Source: a virus (Duplodnaviria; Caudoviricetes). Taken from it: 64,000 nucleotides of DNA. The position numbers and the translations under genes were made by a program. Positions within the stretch are counted from its first letter, which is position 1. Each line of letters starts with the position of its first letter. The notes below the pieces were generated by a model. It had not been told where the DNA came from. It ran no database searches and saw only the letters and a list, made by a program, of their open reading frames with translations. This document shows, one piece after another, positions 8,083 through 20,361 of the stretch. The DNA lies in the IMG/VR virus record IMGVR_UViG_3300027255_000165; one strand, given 5' to 3'.

Positions 8083-11000
8083 TTATGCTTGTTTTAGCAA
8101 ATCAATCTCAGCTTTTAGCTCTTTGATTGCCTCAACTAGAACTGGAATTACACCATCATAATTCACTGACAAGAATGGTTCGTGAGTCACAGGATCGATA
8201 TTTGTTGATACCAATTCTGGGATTACTGCTTTAACTTCTTGTGCAATGAAACCGTATTGAGTGCCTTCTCTTCTTTCATCTTTCCATGTGAAGGTTGTAC
8301 CTCTTAGGGCTTCAATCTTAGCTAGACCAGATGATAGAGTTGCAATGTTCTCCTTTAGGTTTTGGTCAGATGCAGTTGATGAGTAAGCTACGATATCGCC
8401 TCCGACGTGCAGTTGACCTTTTAGAGCCATGTTACCATCAGTAGAGATAGAAGAAGCTACATAACCATCAGATGCAACGAAGGACCAACCTCTGTTGGAC
8501 TGTCTGTTCATTGTGAAAGTTAGAGCGTAGTCAGTAACCCAGCCGTAATCGGCAACGTCATTACCCATACCAATACCGTAAGAAGAATCAGTACCCCACA
8601 TTCTGTACTTAGTCCAGTTATTACCTGCGTCCGTGTAGTGATAAGATCCACCGTTTGGACCTGTAGCACCTGTAGCACCTGTAGCACCTTTAGCACCGCC
8701 AGCACCTTGAGCACCTTGAGCACCTTGAGCACCTTGAGCACCTGTAGCACCTTTAGCACCAGGAGCACCACCTGGACCGCCTGGACCCTGGTAACCTTGA
8801 GCACCTTGAGCACCAGTAGCACCTCCGCCACCAGTAGCACCTTGAGCACCTGTAGCACCATTTACACCTGAAGAACCAGATGTACCTGATGAACCTGAAG
8901 TACCTGCAGCACCTTGAGCACCTTGAGCACCTTGAGCACCTGTAGCACCTCCGCCACCTGTAGCACCTTTAGCACCATTTACACCTGAAGAACCAGATGT
9001 ACCTGATGAACCTGAAGTACCTGCAGCACCTTGAGCACCTTGAGCACCTTGAGCACCTTGAGCACCAGTAGCACCTGTAGCACCTCCGCCACCTGTAGCA
9101 CCTTTTTGACCAACAGGGCCTTGGTAACCTTGAGCACCTTGAGCACCTTGAGCACCTTGAGCACCTGTACCACCTTGAGCACCTGTACCGCCATTTACAC
9201 CTGAAGAACCAGATGTACCTGATGAACCTGAAGTACCTGCAGCACCTTGAGCACCAGTAGCACCTGTAGCACCTTTTTGACCAACAGCTCCTTGAGCACC
9301 TTGAGCACCATTTACACCTGAAGAACCAGATGTACCTGAAGTACCTGAAGTACCTGCAGCACCTTGAGCACCTTGAGCACCTTGAGCACCTGTATTACCC
9401 GTAGCACCTTTTTGACCAACAGCTCCTTGAGCACCTTGAGCACCATTTACACCTGAAGAACCAGATGTACCTGAAGTACCTGCAGCACCTTGAGCACCTT
9501 GAGCACCAGTAGCACCTGTAGCACCTTTTTGACCAACAGCTCCTTGAGCACCTGTAGCACCTTGAGCACCAGTAGCACCTGTAGCGCCATTTACACCTGA
9601 AGTACCTGATATACCGTCTACACCTGCTGCACCTTGAGCACCAGTAGCACCTGTATTACCAATTGGACCTTGGTAACCTTGAGCGCCTTGAGCGCCTTGA
9701 GCACCTGTAGCACCTGTAGCACCTTTTTGACCAACAGGACCTTGGTAACCTTGAGCACCTTGAGCACCTTGAGCACCTTGAGCACCTTGAGCACCTTGAG
9801 CACCTGTATTACCCGTATCACCTTTTTGACCAACAGCTCCTTGAGCACCAGTAGCACCTTGAGCACCATTTACACCTGAAGAACCAGATGTACCTGAAGT
9901 ACCTGCAGCACCTTGAGCACCTTGAGCACCTGTATTACCCGTATCACCTTTTTGACCAACAGCTCCTTGAGCACCTGTAGCACCTTGAGCACCATTTACA
10001 CCTGAAGAACCAGATGTACCTGAAGTACCTGCAGCACCTTGAGCGCCTTGAGCGCCTGTATTACCTGTTGAACCTTTTTGACCAACAGCTCCTTGAGCAC
10101 CTTGAGCACCATTTACACCTGAAGAACCAGATGTACCTGAAGAACCAGATGTACCTGCAGCACCTTGAGCACCAGTAGCACCTGTAGCACCTTTTTGACC
10201 AACAGCTCCTTGAGCACCTTGAGCACCATTTACACCTGAAGAACCAGATGTACCTGAAGTACCTGCAGCACCTTGAGCACCTTGAGCGCCTGTATTACCC
10301 GTAGCACCTTTTTGACCAACAGCTCCTTGAGCACCTTGAGCACCATTTACACCTGAAGAACCAGATGTACCTGAAGAACCAGATGTACCTGAAGTGCCAT
10401 TAGCACCTTGAGCACCTCTAGCACCTTGAGCACCTTGAGCACCTGTAGCACCAATTAGGCCAGAATTAGGACCAATCCATTGACCTGAAGAATTTAGGAT
10501 TGGTGTACCGTTGACCGTAACGTTGTTATCCGGTCTTAGGTGAATGTCCTGATCAGCGAAGATCTCCAAATCTTCTGGAGAATCTGTATTTGCTGCAATG
10601 AATGTTTCTGCCGCGTCACCTGCAAAAGCAATTTTTGCTGTACCCGGAAGAATGATATTACCATCAACTGTTAGCTGACCATTAACTTGAGTTTTACCAA
10701 GTTGTAGACCTGTGGTTGCATTAGAACCAGAGATCGATTTAGCCGAGTTAATAGTGATGTCTGAGTTAAATGTAACACCGCCAGTCGAATTAAAATTCAT
10801 ACCACCCTCTTGAGCAGAGAATTGTAGAATACCGTTGTTAAGAGTTTTAATAACAAGGTTTTGACCTGGATCGGTTGAAATGTTAATAGTGTCGGAGTTA
10901 TCCTCGATGACTTTCTTACCATTAACATATAGTGAGTTTGGACCAACAAAAAGTTCATCTACATTGATCTGTGATGTTTTGGTGGCTTCGTCGAATGTAA

Positions 11001-11334
11001 TTAGATTGTATTCATTTCCAAGAGCATCCGTAAATGCTACGTTTGGAGGAAGAAGGGTTTTATCTGCATCACGACCAAGCTGACCAGTAATATACTCGTG
11101 GAGGTGAGTCATCTCATTCTCAAGTGCCTTAACACCACGTGTAAGTTCATCAACGATTGGACCCATTGCAAAAAGCTTGGTGTAAGATTCATCAGCACCG
11201 TAAGCATTTGCAGTTTTACCTGCAGTTGTTCTTGTAGTGTCAATGAACTTAGCTTTTAGTAATTCTGCATCGGAATCCTTTAGAACGAATGTAGATCTAA
11301 ACGTTGCTAAGTCTTTAAGACTAATTCTAGACAT
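8083..11334 (-). CDS. collagen-like tail fibre with C-terminal peptidase S74 (intramolecular chaperone) domain
   Basis: About 600 aa of Gly-X-Y (GAQ/GAT/GQK/GTS, ~8650-10452); C-terminal SDQNLKENI...[22 protein letters not shown]+IP+LVEAIKEL. Confidence 0.9.
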   Translation of the reverse strand: MSRISLKDLATFRSTFVLKDSDAELLKAKFIDTTRTTAGKTANAYGADESYTKLFAMGPIVDELTRGVKALENEMTHLHEYITGQLGRDADKTLLPPNVAFTDALGNEYNLITFDEATKTSQINVDELFVGPNSLYVNGKKVIEDNSDTINISTDPGQNLVIKTLNNGILQFSAQEGGMNFNSTGGVTFNSDITINSAKSISGSNATTGLQLGKTQVNGQLTVDGNIILPGTAKIAFAGDAAETFIAANTDSPEDLEIFADQDIHLRPDNNVTVNGTPILNSSGQWIGPNSGLIGATGAQGAQGARGAQGANGTSGTSGSSGTSGSSGVNGAQGAQGAVGQKGATGNTGAQGAQGAAGTSGTSGSSGVNGAQGAQGAVGQKGATGATGAQGAAGTSGSSGTSGSSGVNGAQGAQGAVGQKGSTGNTGAQGAQGAAGTSGTSGSSGVNGAQGATGAQGAVGQKGDTGNTGAQGAQGAAGTSGTSGSSGVNGAQGATGAQGAVGQKGDTGNTGAQGAQGAQGAQGAQGAQGYQGPVGQKGATGATGAQGAQGAQGYQGPIGNTGATGAQGAAGVDGISGTSGVNGATGATGAQGATGAQGAVGQKGATGATGAQGAQGAAGTSGTSGSSGVNGAQGAQGAVGQKGATGNTGAQGAQGAQGAAGTSGTSGTSGSSGVNGAQGAQGAVGQKGATGATGAQGAAGTSGSSGTSGSSGVNGGTGAQGGTGAQGAQGAQGAQGYQGPVGQKGATGGGGATGATGAQGAQGAQGAQGAAGTSGSSGTSGSSGVNGAKGATGGGGATGAQGAQGAQGAAGTSGSSGTSGSSGVNGATGAQGATGGGGATGAQGAQGYQGPGGPGGAPGAKGATGAQGAQGAQGAQGAGGAKGATGATGATGPNGGSYHYTDAGNNWTKYRMWGTDSSYGIGMGNDVADYGWVTDYALTFTMNRQSNRGWSFVASDGYVASSISTDGNMALKGQLHVGGDIVAYSSTASDQNLKENIATLSSGLAKIEALRGTTFTWKDERREGTQYGFIAQEVKAVIPELVSTNIDPVTHEPFLSVNYDGVIPVLVEAIKELKAEIDLLKQA

Positions 11335-11356
11335 TTTCTTATCTTGTTTTTTTAAG

Positions 11357-11384
11357 AAAAGGACCCGGTCCGAAGACCGGGTCC
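11357..11384 (-). terminator. intrinsic terminator with cUUCGg tetraloop
   Basis: - strand GGACCCGGTC-TTCG-GACCGGGTCC-TTTTCTT. Confidence 0.9.
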
Positions 11385-11397
11385 GCTTTCAGCTTAT

Positions 11398-14300
11398 TTA
11401 AAGTTTATTTATTCTATTTTCTAGATCCTTCACTCTAGAGTGTAGGTCCTTAACGATTTCGAATAAGTAAACCGTCATTTTGTCGTAATGCATCGAGATG
11501 AAGCCACCTTGACCGTCAGAAACTGCTAGTCTCTCGTCAAATGCAGCAACTTCTTCTGCAATGAAACCTAGGTCTTTCTTACCAGATTCTTTCCATGTGA
11601 ACTCTCTAGCATTCAGGCTTAGGAATTCCTCAGCGTCAAATGTTAGAGTTTCAACATCAGTCTTGAATCGTAGTGATGAACCTTGGAAACCAACTCCATT
11701 AGATACAAAATCCCACATCATTGGCATTGGAGCTTCCATATCTCCGTCGTTCACCATTGCGCTGTTAGAGAATTCGACCCAGGTCCCGTTCGGGTATGGA
11801 CCACCAGGTTGGCTGTAGAAACCAACATCACCGGCTTTCCATAGGAGCGTGTTACCGTCAAACGTTAGGTTAGTTTCACCGTTGATGGTTGTAGAACCAG
11901 TGGCTGTAAGAACTCTATTGTTGACGTTGTTTGTGATAGGAGCAGCTGCACCTTGAGCACCTTGAGCACCTGTAGCACCTTGAGCACCTGTAGCACCGCC
12001 AGCGCCTTGAGCACCTTGAGCACCTGTAGCACCAGTAGAACCTTTAGCACCACCAGCACCTTGAGCACCTTGTACACCTGAAGGAATAGTAAACTGGAAG
12101 TTAGCATTGGTAGCGTTACCAATGTTTAGAACTTCAACTGGAGTACCAGGTCCACCTGTTAGGGCTGGAGCAACATCGATTGTTGCTGCAGTACCTGTGT
12201 TACCTTGAGCGCCTTGAGCGCCTTGAGCACCTGTAGCGCCTTTTTGGCCTTGAGCACCTTGAGCACCTGTAGCACCTTGAGCACCTTGAGCACCGTTAAC
12301 ACCTGAAGAACCAGAAGTACCTGATGAACCAGAAGTACCATTGACACCTGCGGCACCTTGAGCACCTTGAGCACCTGTAGCGCCTTGAGCACCTTGAGCA
12401 CCTTGAGCACCAGTAGAGCCTTTAGCACCGTTAACACCTGAAGAACCAGATGTACCTGATGAACCAGAAGTACCTGATGAACCAGAAGTACCGGCAGCAC
12501 CTTGAGCACCTTGAGCACCTTGAGCACCTTGAGCACCTTGAGCACCAGTAGCGCCTTGAGCACCTGTAGCACCGCCAGCGCCTTGAGCACCTTGAGCACC
12601 GTTAACACCTGAAGAACCAGACGTGCCTGATGAACCAGATGAACCAGATGTACCTGAAGTACCAGCAGCGCCTTGAGCACCTTGAGCACCCGTAGCACCA
12701 GTCTGACCTTTTTGACCTTTTTGACCAACTGGAATTGTAAATTCAAAGTTGGCGTTTAAAGTATCACCTAGGTTTACAACTTGAGCAGGAGTACCTTCAG
12801 CCGATGTAACTGTTGGAGCAACGTTAACTTGGGCTGCAGTACCTACGTTACCTTGAGCACCTTGGGCACCTGTAGCACCTTGAGCACCTTGAGCACCAGT
12901 AGCACCTTTAGCACCGTTAACACCTGAAGAACCAGATGTACCTGATGAACCTGATGAACCTGATGCACCTTGAGCACCTTGAGCACCTTGAGCACCAGTA
13001 GAGCCTTTAGCACCGTTAACACCTGAAGAACCAGATGTACCTGATGAACCAGAAGTACCAGAAGTACCGTTTGTACCAGAAGTACCGTTTGTGCCTGATG
13101 AACCTGAAGTACCAGAAGTACCGTTTGTACCAGAAGTACCGTTTGTACCAGAAGTACCGTTTGTACCAGAAGTACCGCTTGTACCATTAGTACCAGAAGT
13201 ACCATTTGTACCTGATGAACCAGATGTACCAGAAGTACCGTTTGTACCAGAAGTACCGTTTGTACCATTTGTACCCGATGAGCCTGAAGTACCAGAAGTA
13301 CCTGCAGCTCCTTGAGCGCCTGTAGCACCTTTTTGACCTTTTTGACCAATTGGGATTGTGAATTCTAGGTTAGCGTTCAAAGGCGTTCCAATGTTTAGAA
13401 CTTCAACTGGAGTACCTTCTGCACCAGTAAGAGCTGGAGCAACATCGATTGTTGCTGCAGTACCGACTGCACCTTGAGCACCTTGAGCACCTTGAGCACC
13501 TTGAGCACCTTGAGCACCTTGAGCACCAGTAGCACCTTTAGCACCGTTAACACCTGAAGAACCAGATGTACCTGATGAACCTGATGAACCTGATGAACCT
13601 GATGAACCTGAAGTACCGTTTGTACCAGAAGTACCGTTTGTACCAGATGAACCTGAAGTACCTGAAGAACCCGATGAACCTGATGAACCAGAAGTACCAT
13701 TTGTACCAGAAGTACCATTTGTACCTGATGAACCAGATGAACCAGATGATCCTGAAGTACCATTTGTACCTGAAGTACCGTTAGTACCGTTAGTACCTGA
13801 AGAACCAGATGAACCAGATGAACCAGATGAGCCTGAAGTACCGTTAGTACCTGAAGAACCAGATGAACCAGAAGTACCGTTTAGATCAGCTACTAGGTTC
13901 CATGCGGCAGCTCCGTCCCATTGATAAACAAGACCGTCTGCTGTGAAACCTAGTTGACCAGGGAATGAACCTGTACCTAATTCTACAACTGAAGATGCTG
14001 ACTTAGCACCATCATGTCCAGAAGTACCCGATGTACCAGAAGTACCCGATGTACCAGATGAGCCTGAAGTACCTGAAGTACCGTTTGTACCTGATGAACC
14101 TGATGTTCCAGCAGTACCTGAAGTACCTGAAGTACCAGAAGAACCTGATGTACCGTTTGTACCTGATGTTCCAGAAGTACCTGAAGTACCTGATGTACCA
14201 GATGAACCAGATGAACCTGAAGTTCCAGATGTACCATTAGTACCTGATGTACCGTTAGTACCTGATGTACCAGAAGAACCTGATGTTCCAGCAGTACCTG

Positions 14301-17300
14301 AAGTACCTGATGTACCAGAAGAACCTGATGTTCCAGCAGTACCTGAAGTACCTGATGTACCAGAAGAACCTGATGTACCAGATGAACCAGATGAACCTGA
14401 AGTACCCGAGATACCGCCTGCACCTGCAACCGTGTATTTAATAATTAGCATGTTTCCGATCACTGGCACATAACCAGGATCTGGAGAGTTAATTCTAGCA
14501 ACAGTGAAGACTGCTTCGTTACCGACAATCAATTTAGCATTAATTGTGAACTCGTGTCTATCAGCACCGTTAAATTCGAACAATAGTTGTGAAGCAGCAC
14601 CCATCACATTATGAAGGGTTGTTCTGTCATTCATCCATCTATCGAAATTATTGATTCTAATTTCTGTTGCGTTGTATAGATCGCCTGTATTTGTGGTGAA
14701 GTTAGTTGCAGTTGCATCTCCTTGACCACCAAAGAAATAAGGCGCGTCAATTGTACCGTTAACACCTGATGTACCAGAAGTACCAGCAGTACCAGAAGTA
14801 CCGTTTGTACCGTTTGTACCAGAAGTGCCAGAAGTACCAGAAGTACCAGAAGTACCAGAAGTACCGTTTGTACCTGATGTACCGTTTGTACCTGAAGAAC
14901 CTGAAGTACCAGCAGTACCTGAAGAACCAGATGTACCAGAAGTACCGTTTGTACCTGATGTACCGTTTGTACCTGAAGAACCTGATGTACCAGAAGTACC
15001 AGAAGTACCGTTTGTACCTGAAGTACCGTTAGTACCTGAAGAACCTGAAGTACCGTTAGTACCTGAAGTACCGTCTGTACCATCTGTACCTGAAGAACCT
15101 GAAGTACCGTTTGTACCTGAAGAACCTGAAGTACCGTTTGTACCATTTGTACCTGAAGAACCTGAAGTACCGTTTGTACCATTTGTACCTGAAGAACCTG
15201 AAGTACCGTTTGTACCTGAAGAACCAGATGAACCCGAAGAACCCGAAGAACCCGAAGAACCTGAAGTACCGTTTGTACCTGAAGAACCAGATGAACCCGA
15301 AGAACCTGAAGAACCTGAAGTACCGTTTGTACCTGAAGAACCAGATGAACCCGAAGAACCTGAAGAACCTGAAGTACCGTTTGTACCTGAAGAACCCGAA
15401 GTACCGTTTGTACCTGAAGAACCCGAAGTACCGTTTGTACCATTTGTACCTGAAGAACCCGAAGTACCGTTTGTACCGTTTGTACCTGAAGAACCCGAAG
15501 TACCAGAAGTACCAGAAGTACCAGAAGTACCAGATGAACCAGAAGTACCAGAAGTACCAGATGAACCTGAAGAACCGCCAGTACCATTTGTACCAGATGA
15601 ACCTGAAGTACCTGAAGTGCCTGAAGTACCAGATGAACCTGAAGTACCAGATGAACCTGAAGTACCTGAAGTACCCGAAGTACCCGAAGTACCTGAAGTA
15701 CCAGATGAGCCTGAAGTACCTGAAGTGCCTGAAGTACCAGATGAACCTGAAGTACCAGATGAACCTGAAGTACCTGAAGTACCCGAAGTACCTGAAGTAC
15801 CTGAAGTACCAGATGAGCCTGAAGTTCCGTCTGTACCAGATGAGCCTGAAGTTCCGTCTGTACCAGATGAGCCTGAAGTTCCGTCTGTACCAGATGAACC
15901 TGAAGTTCCGTCTGTACCAGATGAACCTGAAGTACCTGAAGTACCTGAAGTACCTGAAGTACCTGATGTACCATCAGTGCCGTCTAAGCCTGAAGTACCA
16001 GATAGACCCGATGAACCAGAAGTACCATCTGTACCTGATGAACCAGAAGAACCTCCTTCACCAGTTATACCTGATGAACCAGAAGTACCAGAAGTACCAG
16101 AAGTACCAGATGTTCCTGAAGTACCGTTTGTACCTGATGAACCTGAAGTACCAGAAGTACCAGAAGTACCAGATGAACCTGAAGTACCAGAAGTACCAGA
16201 TGTTCCAGATGTACCGTCTGTGCCAGAAGTTCCAGAAGTACCAGAAGAACCTGGAAGACCAGCTTCACCTGAAATGTAACCTTTAAATGTCCATGCGCCG
16301 CCACCTGGAGTAGATCCTTCGTTAGCCGTACATGTCTCTTCGATCACTGTTTGTACCGCACCAGGGGCGTGGCTGTTAGTAACAATACCACCAGAATAGG
16401 TTGCGATTGTGTTAAGTGATGAAGTTGAATAAGTAGTCATCAACAGCACCTGTGCGTTAGCGTTGTAAGCGTCAACTTTCAATACATCAGCGTAATCAAT
16501 ATCTGCTTGAGTGTATGCGTCGTCGCTACCACCGTCAGGTGCGTCTGTAATAAGAACAATGTACTTAGCAACACCTTCTCTAAAGCCACCTACCATACCA
16601 GAGTTGATTACTCTATCAAGAGCAATACCTGCTGGTTCTGGAGTACCTTGACCATTACCTAGAGGGAAGTCAACTGTATTCATCTTGTTCAACTGTGAAG
16701 TGAACGAAGAGATGTTGTTTGACGAGAATGTCTCTAGAGCAGTGATGTGTGAAGATCTGCTAGCTGTGTAATTGTTTAGAATGTATCTCTGTGTAGATGG
16801 AAGAGCGTTGTAAGTTGCAGTTGCACCGTAAGTTGGTGTACCGTCAACTCCGTACTCGTCAAATGTTACAAGAGATAGTCTGTAGTTGTTATTAGATTCT
16901 GTCTCGATCGTTGAAGCGATAGCTGCAATTGAAGACTTAACGTTGTTGATTGCTCCACCCATTGAACCGGTGTAGTCAACCAAGAACACAACGTCCATAC
17001 CTTGATCACATGGTGCAGGGTTACCAGGACCATAGCCTGACCATTCCCAAATACCACCGTCACAGTCAAAATAAAGTTGACCAACGAATGAACCTGTTAC
17101 GTCACCATTTGGATCGCCGTAACATCCTGATTTAGCGCCATCATAACCTGATGAACCTGAAGTACCAGATGTACCTGATGTACCTGATGTACCATCTGTA
17201 CCTGATGAACCTGAAGTACCTGAAGTACCCGAAGTACCTGAAGTACCTGATGTACCTGATGTACCATCTGTACCTGATGAACCAGAGGTACCAGAAGTAC

Positions 17301-18228
17301 CAGAAGTACCAGAAGTACCAGAAGTACCAGAAGTACCAGATGAACCTGAAGAACCGCCAGTACCATTTGTACCAGATGAACCTGAAGTACCTGAAGTGCC
17401 TGAAGTACCAGATGAACCTGAAGTACCAGATGAACCTGAAGTACCTGAAGTACCCGAAGTACCCGAAGTACCTGAAGTACCAGATGAGCCTGAAGTACCT
17501 GAAGTGCCTGAAGTACCAGATGAACCTGAAGTACCAGATGAACCTGAAGTACCTGAAGTACCCGAAGTACCTGAAGTACCTGAAGTACCAGATGAGCCTG
17601 AAGTTCCGTCTGTACCAGATGAGCCTGAAGTTCCGTCTGTACCAGATGAGCCTGAAGTTCCGTCTGTACCAGATGAACCTGAAGTTCCGTCTGTACCAGA
17701 TGAACCCGAAGTACCTGAAGTACCTGAAGTACCTGAAGTACCTGATGTACCATCTGTACCTGATGAACCTGAAGTACCAGATGAACCGGAACTACCGTCC
17801 GTACCATCTAGACCCGAAGTTCCAGATAGACCTGAAGTACCAGATGAACCTGAAGAACCTGAAGTGCCTGAAGTACCCGAAGTACCTGATGAACCGGAAC
17901 TACCGTCCGTACCATCGGTACCGTCTGTACCTGATGAACCAGATGAGCCTGAAGAACCTGAAGTACCCGAAGTACCTGAAGAACCAGATGTACCTGAAGA
18001 TCCAGATGTACCTGAAGTTCCTGAAGTACCAGCGGTACCAGAAGTACCAGAAGTACCAGACGAACCAGACGTACCTGAAGAACCAGAAGTACCAGACGAG
18101 CCAGACGTACCTGATGAACCCGAGGTACCCGAAGTTCCGGCTGTGCCGGAAGTACCTGAAGTACCGTTAGTACCTGAAGAACCAGAAGAACCTGAGGTAC
18201 CTGTCGTTTTAATTAAAGGAATTGCCAT
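11398..18228 (-). CDS. giant (2276 aa) Ser/Thr-rich Gly-X-Y fibre protein with vWA domain, collagen segments and S74 chaperone
   Basis: Long [12 protein letters not shown] runs; vWA with MIDAS ([18 protein letters not shown], ~16330-16998); three ATIDVAP..GTPVEV.NIG..NA.F.FTIP modules; C-terminal [25 protein letters not shown] (S74). Confidence 0.9.
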   Translation of the reverse strand: MAIPLIKTTGTSGSSGSSGTNGTSGTSGTAGTSGTSGSSGTSGSSGTSGSSGTSGSSGTSGTSGTAGTSGTSGTSGSSGTSGSSGTSGTSGSSGSSGSSGTDGTDGTDGSSGSSGTSGTSGTSGSSGSSGTSGLSGTSGLDGTDGSSGSSGTSGSSGTDGTSGTSGTSGTSGTSGSSGTDGTSGSSGTDGTSGSSGTDGTSGSSGTDGTSGSSGTSGTSGTSGTSGTSGSSGTSGSSGTSGTSGTSGSSGTSGTSGTSGTSGTSGSSGTSGSSGTSGTSGTSGSSGTNGTGGSSGSSGTSGTSGTSGTSGTSGTSGSSGTDGTSGTSGTSGTSGTSGTSGSSGTDGTSGTSGTSGTSGSSGYDGAKSGCYGDPNGDVTGSFVGQLYFDCDGGIWEWSGYGPGNPAPCDQGMDVVFLVDYTGSMGGAINNVKSSIAAIASTIETESNNNYRLSLVTFDEYGVDGTPTYGATATYNALPSTQRYILNNYTASRSSHITALETFSSNNISSFTSQLNKMNTVDFPLGNGQGTPEPAGIALDRVINSGMVGGFREGVAKYIVLITDAPDGGSDDAYTQADIDYADVLKVDAYNANAQVLLMTTYSTSSLNTIATYSGGIVTNSHAPGAVQTVIEETCTANEGSTPGGGAWTFKGYISGEAGLPGSSGTSGTSGTDGTSGTSGTSGTSGSSGTSGTSGTSGSSGTNGTSGTSGTSGTSGTSGSSGITGEGGSSGSSGTDGTSGSSGLSGTSGLDGTDGTSGTSGTSGTSGTSGSSGTDGTSGSSGTDGTSGSSGTDGTSGSSGTDGTSGSSGTSGTSGTSGTSGTSGSSGTSGSSGTSGTSGTSGSSGTSGTSGTSGTSGTSGSSGTSGSSGTSGTSGTSGSSGTNGTGGSSGSSGTSGTSGSSGTSGTSGTSGTSGSSGTNGTNGTSGSSGTNGTNGTSGSSGTNGTSGSSGTNGTSGSSGSSGSSGSSGTNGTSGSSGSSGSSGSSGTNGTSGSSGSSGSSGSSGSSGTNGTSGSSGTNGTNGTSGSSGTNGTNGTSGSSGTNGTSGSSGTDGTDGTSGTNGTSGSSGTNGTSGTNGTSGTSGTSGSSGTNGTSGTNGTSGTSGSSGTAGTSGSSGTNGTSGTNGTSGTSGTSGTSGTSGTNGTNGTSGTAGTSGTSGVNGTIDAPYFFGGQGDATATNFTTNTGDLYNATEIRINNFDRWMNDRTTLHNVMGAASQLLFEFNGADRHEFTINAKLIVGNEAVFTVARINSPDPGYVPVIGNMLIIKYTVAGAGGISGTSGSSGSSGTSGSSGTSGTSGTAGTSGSSGTSGTSGTAGTSGSSGTSGTNGTSGTNGTSGTSGSSGSSGTSGTSGTSGTSGTNGTSGSSGTSGTSGTAGTSGSSGTNGTSGTSGSSGTSGTSGTSGTSGHDGAKSASSVVELGTGSFPGQLGFTADGLVYQWDGAAAWNLVADLNGTSGSSGSSGTNGTSGSSGSSGSSGSSGTNGTNGTSGTNGTSGSSGSSGSSGTNGTSGTNGTSGSSGSSGSSGTSGSSGTNGTSGTNGTSGSSGSSGSSGSSGTSGSSGVNGAKGATGAQGAQGAQGAQGAQGAQGAVGTAATIDVAPALTGAEGTPVEVLNIGTPLNANLEFTIPIGQKGQKGATGAQGAAGTSGTSGSSGTNGTNGTSGTNGTSGTSGSSGTNGTSGTNGTSGTSGTNGTSGTNGTSGTNGTSGTSGSSGTNGTSGTNGTSGTSGSSGTSGSSGVNGAKGSTGAQGAQGAQGASGSSGSSGTSGSSGVNGAKGATGAQGAQGATGAQGAQGNVGTAAQVNVAPTVTSAEGTPAQVVNLGDTLNANFEFTIPVGQKGQKGQTGATGAQGAQGAAGTSGTSGSSGSSGTSGSSGVNGAQGAQGAGGATGAQGATGAQGAQGAQGAQGAQGAAGTSGSSGTSGSSGTSGSSGVNGAKGSTGAQGAQGAQGATGAQGAQGAAGVNGTSGSSGTSGSSGVNGAQGAQGATGAQGAQGQKGATGAQGAQGAQGNTGTAATIDVAPALTGGPGTPVEVLNIGNATNANFQFTIPSGVQGAQGAGGAKGSTGATGAQGAQGAGGATGAQGATGAQGAQGAAAPITNNVNNRVLTATGSTTINGETNLTFDGNTLLWKAGDVGFYSQPGGPYPNGTWVEFSNSAMVNDGDMEAPMPMMWDFVSNGVGFQGSSLRFKTDVETLTFDAEEFLSLNAREFTWKESGKKDLGFIAEEVAAFDERLAVSDGQGGFISMHYDKMTVYLFEIVKDLHSRVKDLENRINKL
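15540..15975. repeat. ~430-bp near-identical direct repeat, copy A (copy B at ~17319-17754)
   Basis: Sequences compared by eye; the unique anchor CCGCCA is at 15575 and 17354 (offset 1779 = 593 codons), and rare synonymous variants are shared. Confidence 0.8.
17319..17754. repeat. ~430-bp near-identical direct repeat, copy B
   Basis: See copy A; the two copies flank the vWA module. Confidence 0.8.
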
Positions 18229-18258
18229 TTTATAATAAATGTCTGTTTTGGTTTAGGT

Positions 18259-19017
18259 TTAATCTAGAGCTGATTTGTTGTAGATGATGTCAATAATGTC
18301 ATCTGCAGTCAAATCAAATCCTGAAAGTTCGCCGTTCCAGTATAATTCGTCGCCGGCTTCGATGTCAGCAATCAGCTTAGCTGTTAGACCTCCGTCATTG
18401 GAGAAGTAACAGTCTGATGTTCTAACACCGTTTCCTTCTTGAACACCAACACCGTTGACTAGAATGTCAACCGCTGAATCCAAGAAAGGAGTGTAATTAA
18501 TTGTAATGCCCGTCGCTGAATAATCACCGTTGGTTGGTAGAGGGTTTTGATCTCTTTGGTACACTTCGACTCCTGTGTCGACTGGTGCGCCACCAACTGA
18601 TGGTCTCCAAGGAAGGACATGTGCTGTCGTTTCGGTAATTGCCTGCATGATTGGGTTACTGTATGCATACGCGTCGTTTGTTGTGAACAATACAGGATTA
18701 CCCGTTCCTGAATCGTCAACAACATAAAACGCACCTGGGACAAGATTCCAAGTAGCAACTGTTACCTTACCAACCTGAACACCGACAAAAGTGTCGGCGG
18801 ATGGAGTTGATTCAATAACAATTCTACCTAGTTTGTCCTCAATAGATGCATCAGCAAGGACCCATGTACCACCGTCGAAGGCAACAACCTGACCTGCTGA
18901 GAAGCCATGGCCAACCTGTGTAAAGGTTGACTTTAGCGATCCAGACGTGATCGAAAGAATGATAGCGTCAAGAATCTCTTGCAAGCCATCAATCTGTTTG
19001 ATTTTGATTTGAGACAT
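18259..19017 (-). CDS. putative fibre/baseplate-associated structural protein (shares a C-terminal module with 25529..27490)
   Basis: First gene of the fibre operon; C-terminal TGI.I.YTPF.DS.V.+.+NGV...G.G....DCYF..AKLI.DI..GD.L.WN...D.I..IY. Confidence 0.6.
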   Translation of the reverse strand: MSQIKIKQIDGLQEILDAIILSITSGSLKSTFTQVGHGFSAGQVVAFDGGTWVLADASIEDKLGRIVIESTPSADTFVGVQVGKVTVATWNLVPGAFYVVDDSGTGNPVLFTTNDAYAYSNPIMQAITETTAHVLPWRPSVGGAPVDTGVEVYQRDQNPLPTNGDYSATGITINYTPFLDSAVDILVNGVGVQEGNGVRTSDCYFSNDGGLTAKLIADIEAGDELYWNGELSGFDLTADDIIDIIYNKSALD

Positions 19018-19155
19018 GTCTTACTAGATTGTTTATTTGAGGTTTATGTTTGAGGGTTTTCTCACTATGGTATATATACACAAAGATTGGGTTAAAGTTT
19101 ACATACTGGCTGATTTTTAATCATTTTAATCAAAGACTTAATCTACGTAAATTGC

Positions 19156-20361
19156 ATGAAAAAGCTAGGCTCTCAGATAATAGATTTCAAACGAATGATT
19201 AGACAATATGAGTTCTTCATTGAGGACTTGAATGATCTAAAGGAAATACAATCTAATATTAATTCTGATTTTAGCTCCGCGATTGCAGGATTAAAAAGGC
19301 CAGATTTATTTGATAGTAAGGTAACTTCAGATGCAGCTGAACAGGCCAATCAAGCGAAAGATTCAGAAGAAGAGCCTGAAAGAGATCCTTCATTTAAGAA
19401 ACTTTTTAGAAAAATGGTGGTTAAGTGTCACCCTGACAGACTATCACCTGATACTTCTGATAGCGAAAGATTAAGACTTAAGCAGTTATATGAGAGCAGT
19501 ATTAAAGCTAATGATGATTATAACTGGGCTCTTTTAATTACTACTGCAATTAAGTTGGAGATTGAACTCGGTGAAGAGTATTATGATCATGTTAATGAAT
19601 TAAAACATGAAAGTGATAAAGTCCAAAAAGAAATTGAAGGTATTCAGGGTTCAGTTGCATGGACTTGGTATCACGCTAGTGAAGAAGAAAAGCCCAAAAT
19701 AATGCAACAGTATGTTAAGCACATGGAAAAATCGCTAGGATTAGATCGTAAAAAGGTTTTAATCTTAGGCGTAGGACATCCTAGAACTGGGACAGGTTTT
19801 ACAGCTTCTATATTAAGTAGCTGGGGTTTAAGAATAGGTCACGAAAAACTTATGGAGGATGGAATTGTAGCGTGGCAACATGTAATTGAAAATGGGCCAT
19901 GGCCGTGGATTAAGCACACTGATAAGTTAAAACCTGAAATCTTAATTTATAACGTCAGAAACCCTAAGGATTCTATTCCATCAATTGTTTTCACTGAAGA
20001 CGTTAGGCCCGAATCTCTTAAATTTAGAATTAGAAGAGGCAGGGTATCTAGATCATCGAATCCCGTTGAACAGGCTATTCATTCTATCTTAAGATGGGAC
20101 GAATTAATAATTAAAATGGGACCCAAGTTTACATATCGGGTTGAAGATCAAGCCATAGATTTGTTCAATTTCTTAAAAGATAAGAATCTAAACGTAAAAT
20201 GGGTTTCTCCACAGAGCGTGGTTAATGATCGAAAACATCAAGGATTTGAAAGTTTAAAGAATGAACTTCAATCAGTTTCGTCAGAGCTACAAAAGAAAAT
20301 GAACGCCTATTGTCAAAAATATGGATATGATCCCGTATTTTTAAACGTCCCAGAGGCCTGA
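19156..20361 (+). CDS. J-domain (DnaJ-like, HPD) / P-loop sulfotransferase-like fusion protein
   Basis: FKKLFRKMVVKCHPDR (J-domain helix II-HPD); C-terminal ILGVGHPRTGTGF (5'-PSB) and YNVRNPKDSIPS (3'-PB). Confidence 0.7.
   Translation: MKKLGSQIIDFKRMIRQYEFFIEDLNDLKEIQSNINSDFSSAIAGLKRPDLFDSKVTSDAAEQANQAKDSEEEPERDPSFKKLFRKMVVKCHPDRLSPDTSDSERLRLKQLYESSIKANDDYNWALLITTAIKLEIELGEEYYDHVNELKHESDKVQKEIEGIQGSVAWTWYHASEEEKPKIMQQYVKHMEKSLGLDRKKVLILGVGHPRTGTGFTASILSSWGLRIGHEKLMEDGIVAWQHVIENGPWPWIKHTDKLKPEILIYNVRNPKDSIPSIVFTEDVRPESLKFRIRRGRVSRSSNPVEQAIHSILRWDELIIKMGPKFTYRVEDQAIDLFNFLKDKNLNVKWVSPQSVVNDRKHQGFESLKNELQSVSSELQKKMNAYCQKYGYDPVFLNVPEA

Noticed and set aside
11398-18228. Ice-nucleation-protein-like repeat
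   Set aside because: There is no 16-aa AGYGSTxTAxxxSxLx periodicity. The period is 3 with Gly fixed, consistent with Gly-X-Y.
8520-18235. Many long alternative-frame and antisense ORFs (PEVPEV.., VLQVHLV.., MYLKNLK..) in the repeat genes
   Set aside because: They are shadows of the stop-free GGT-ACT-TCA type repeats and have no starts, promoters or non-repetitive domains.
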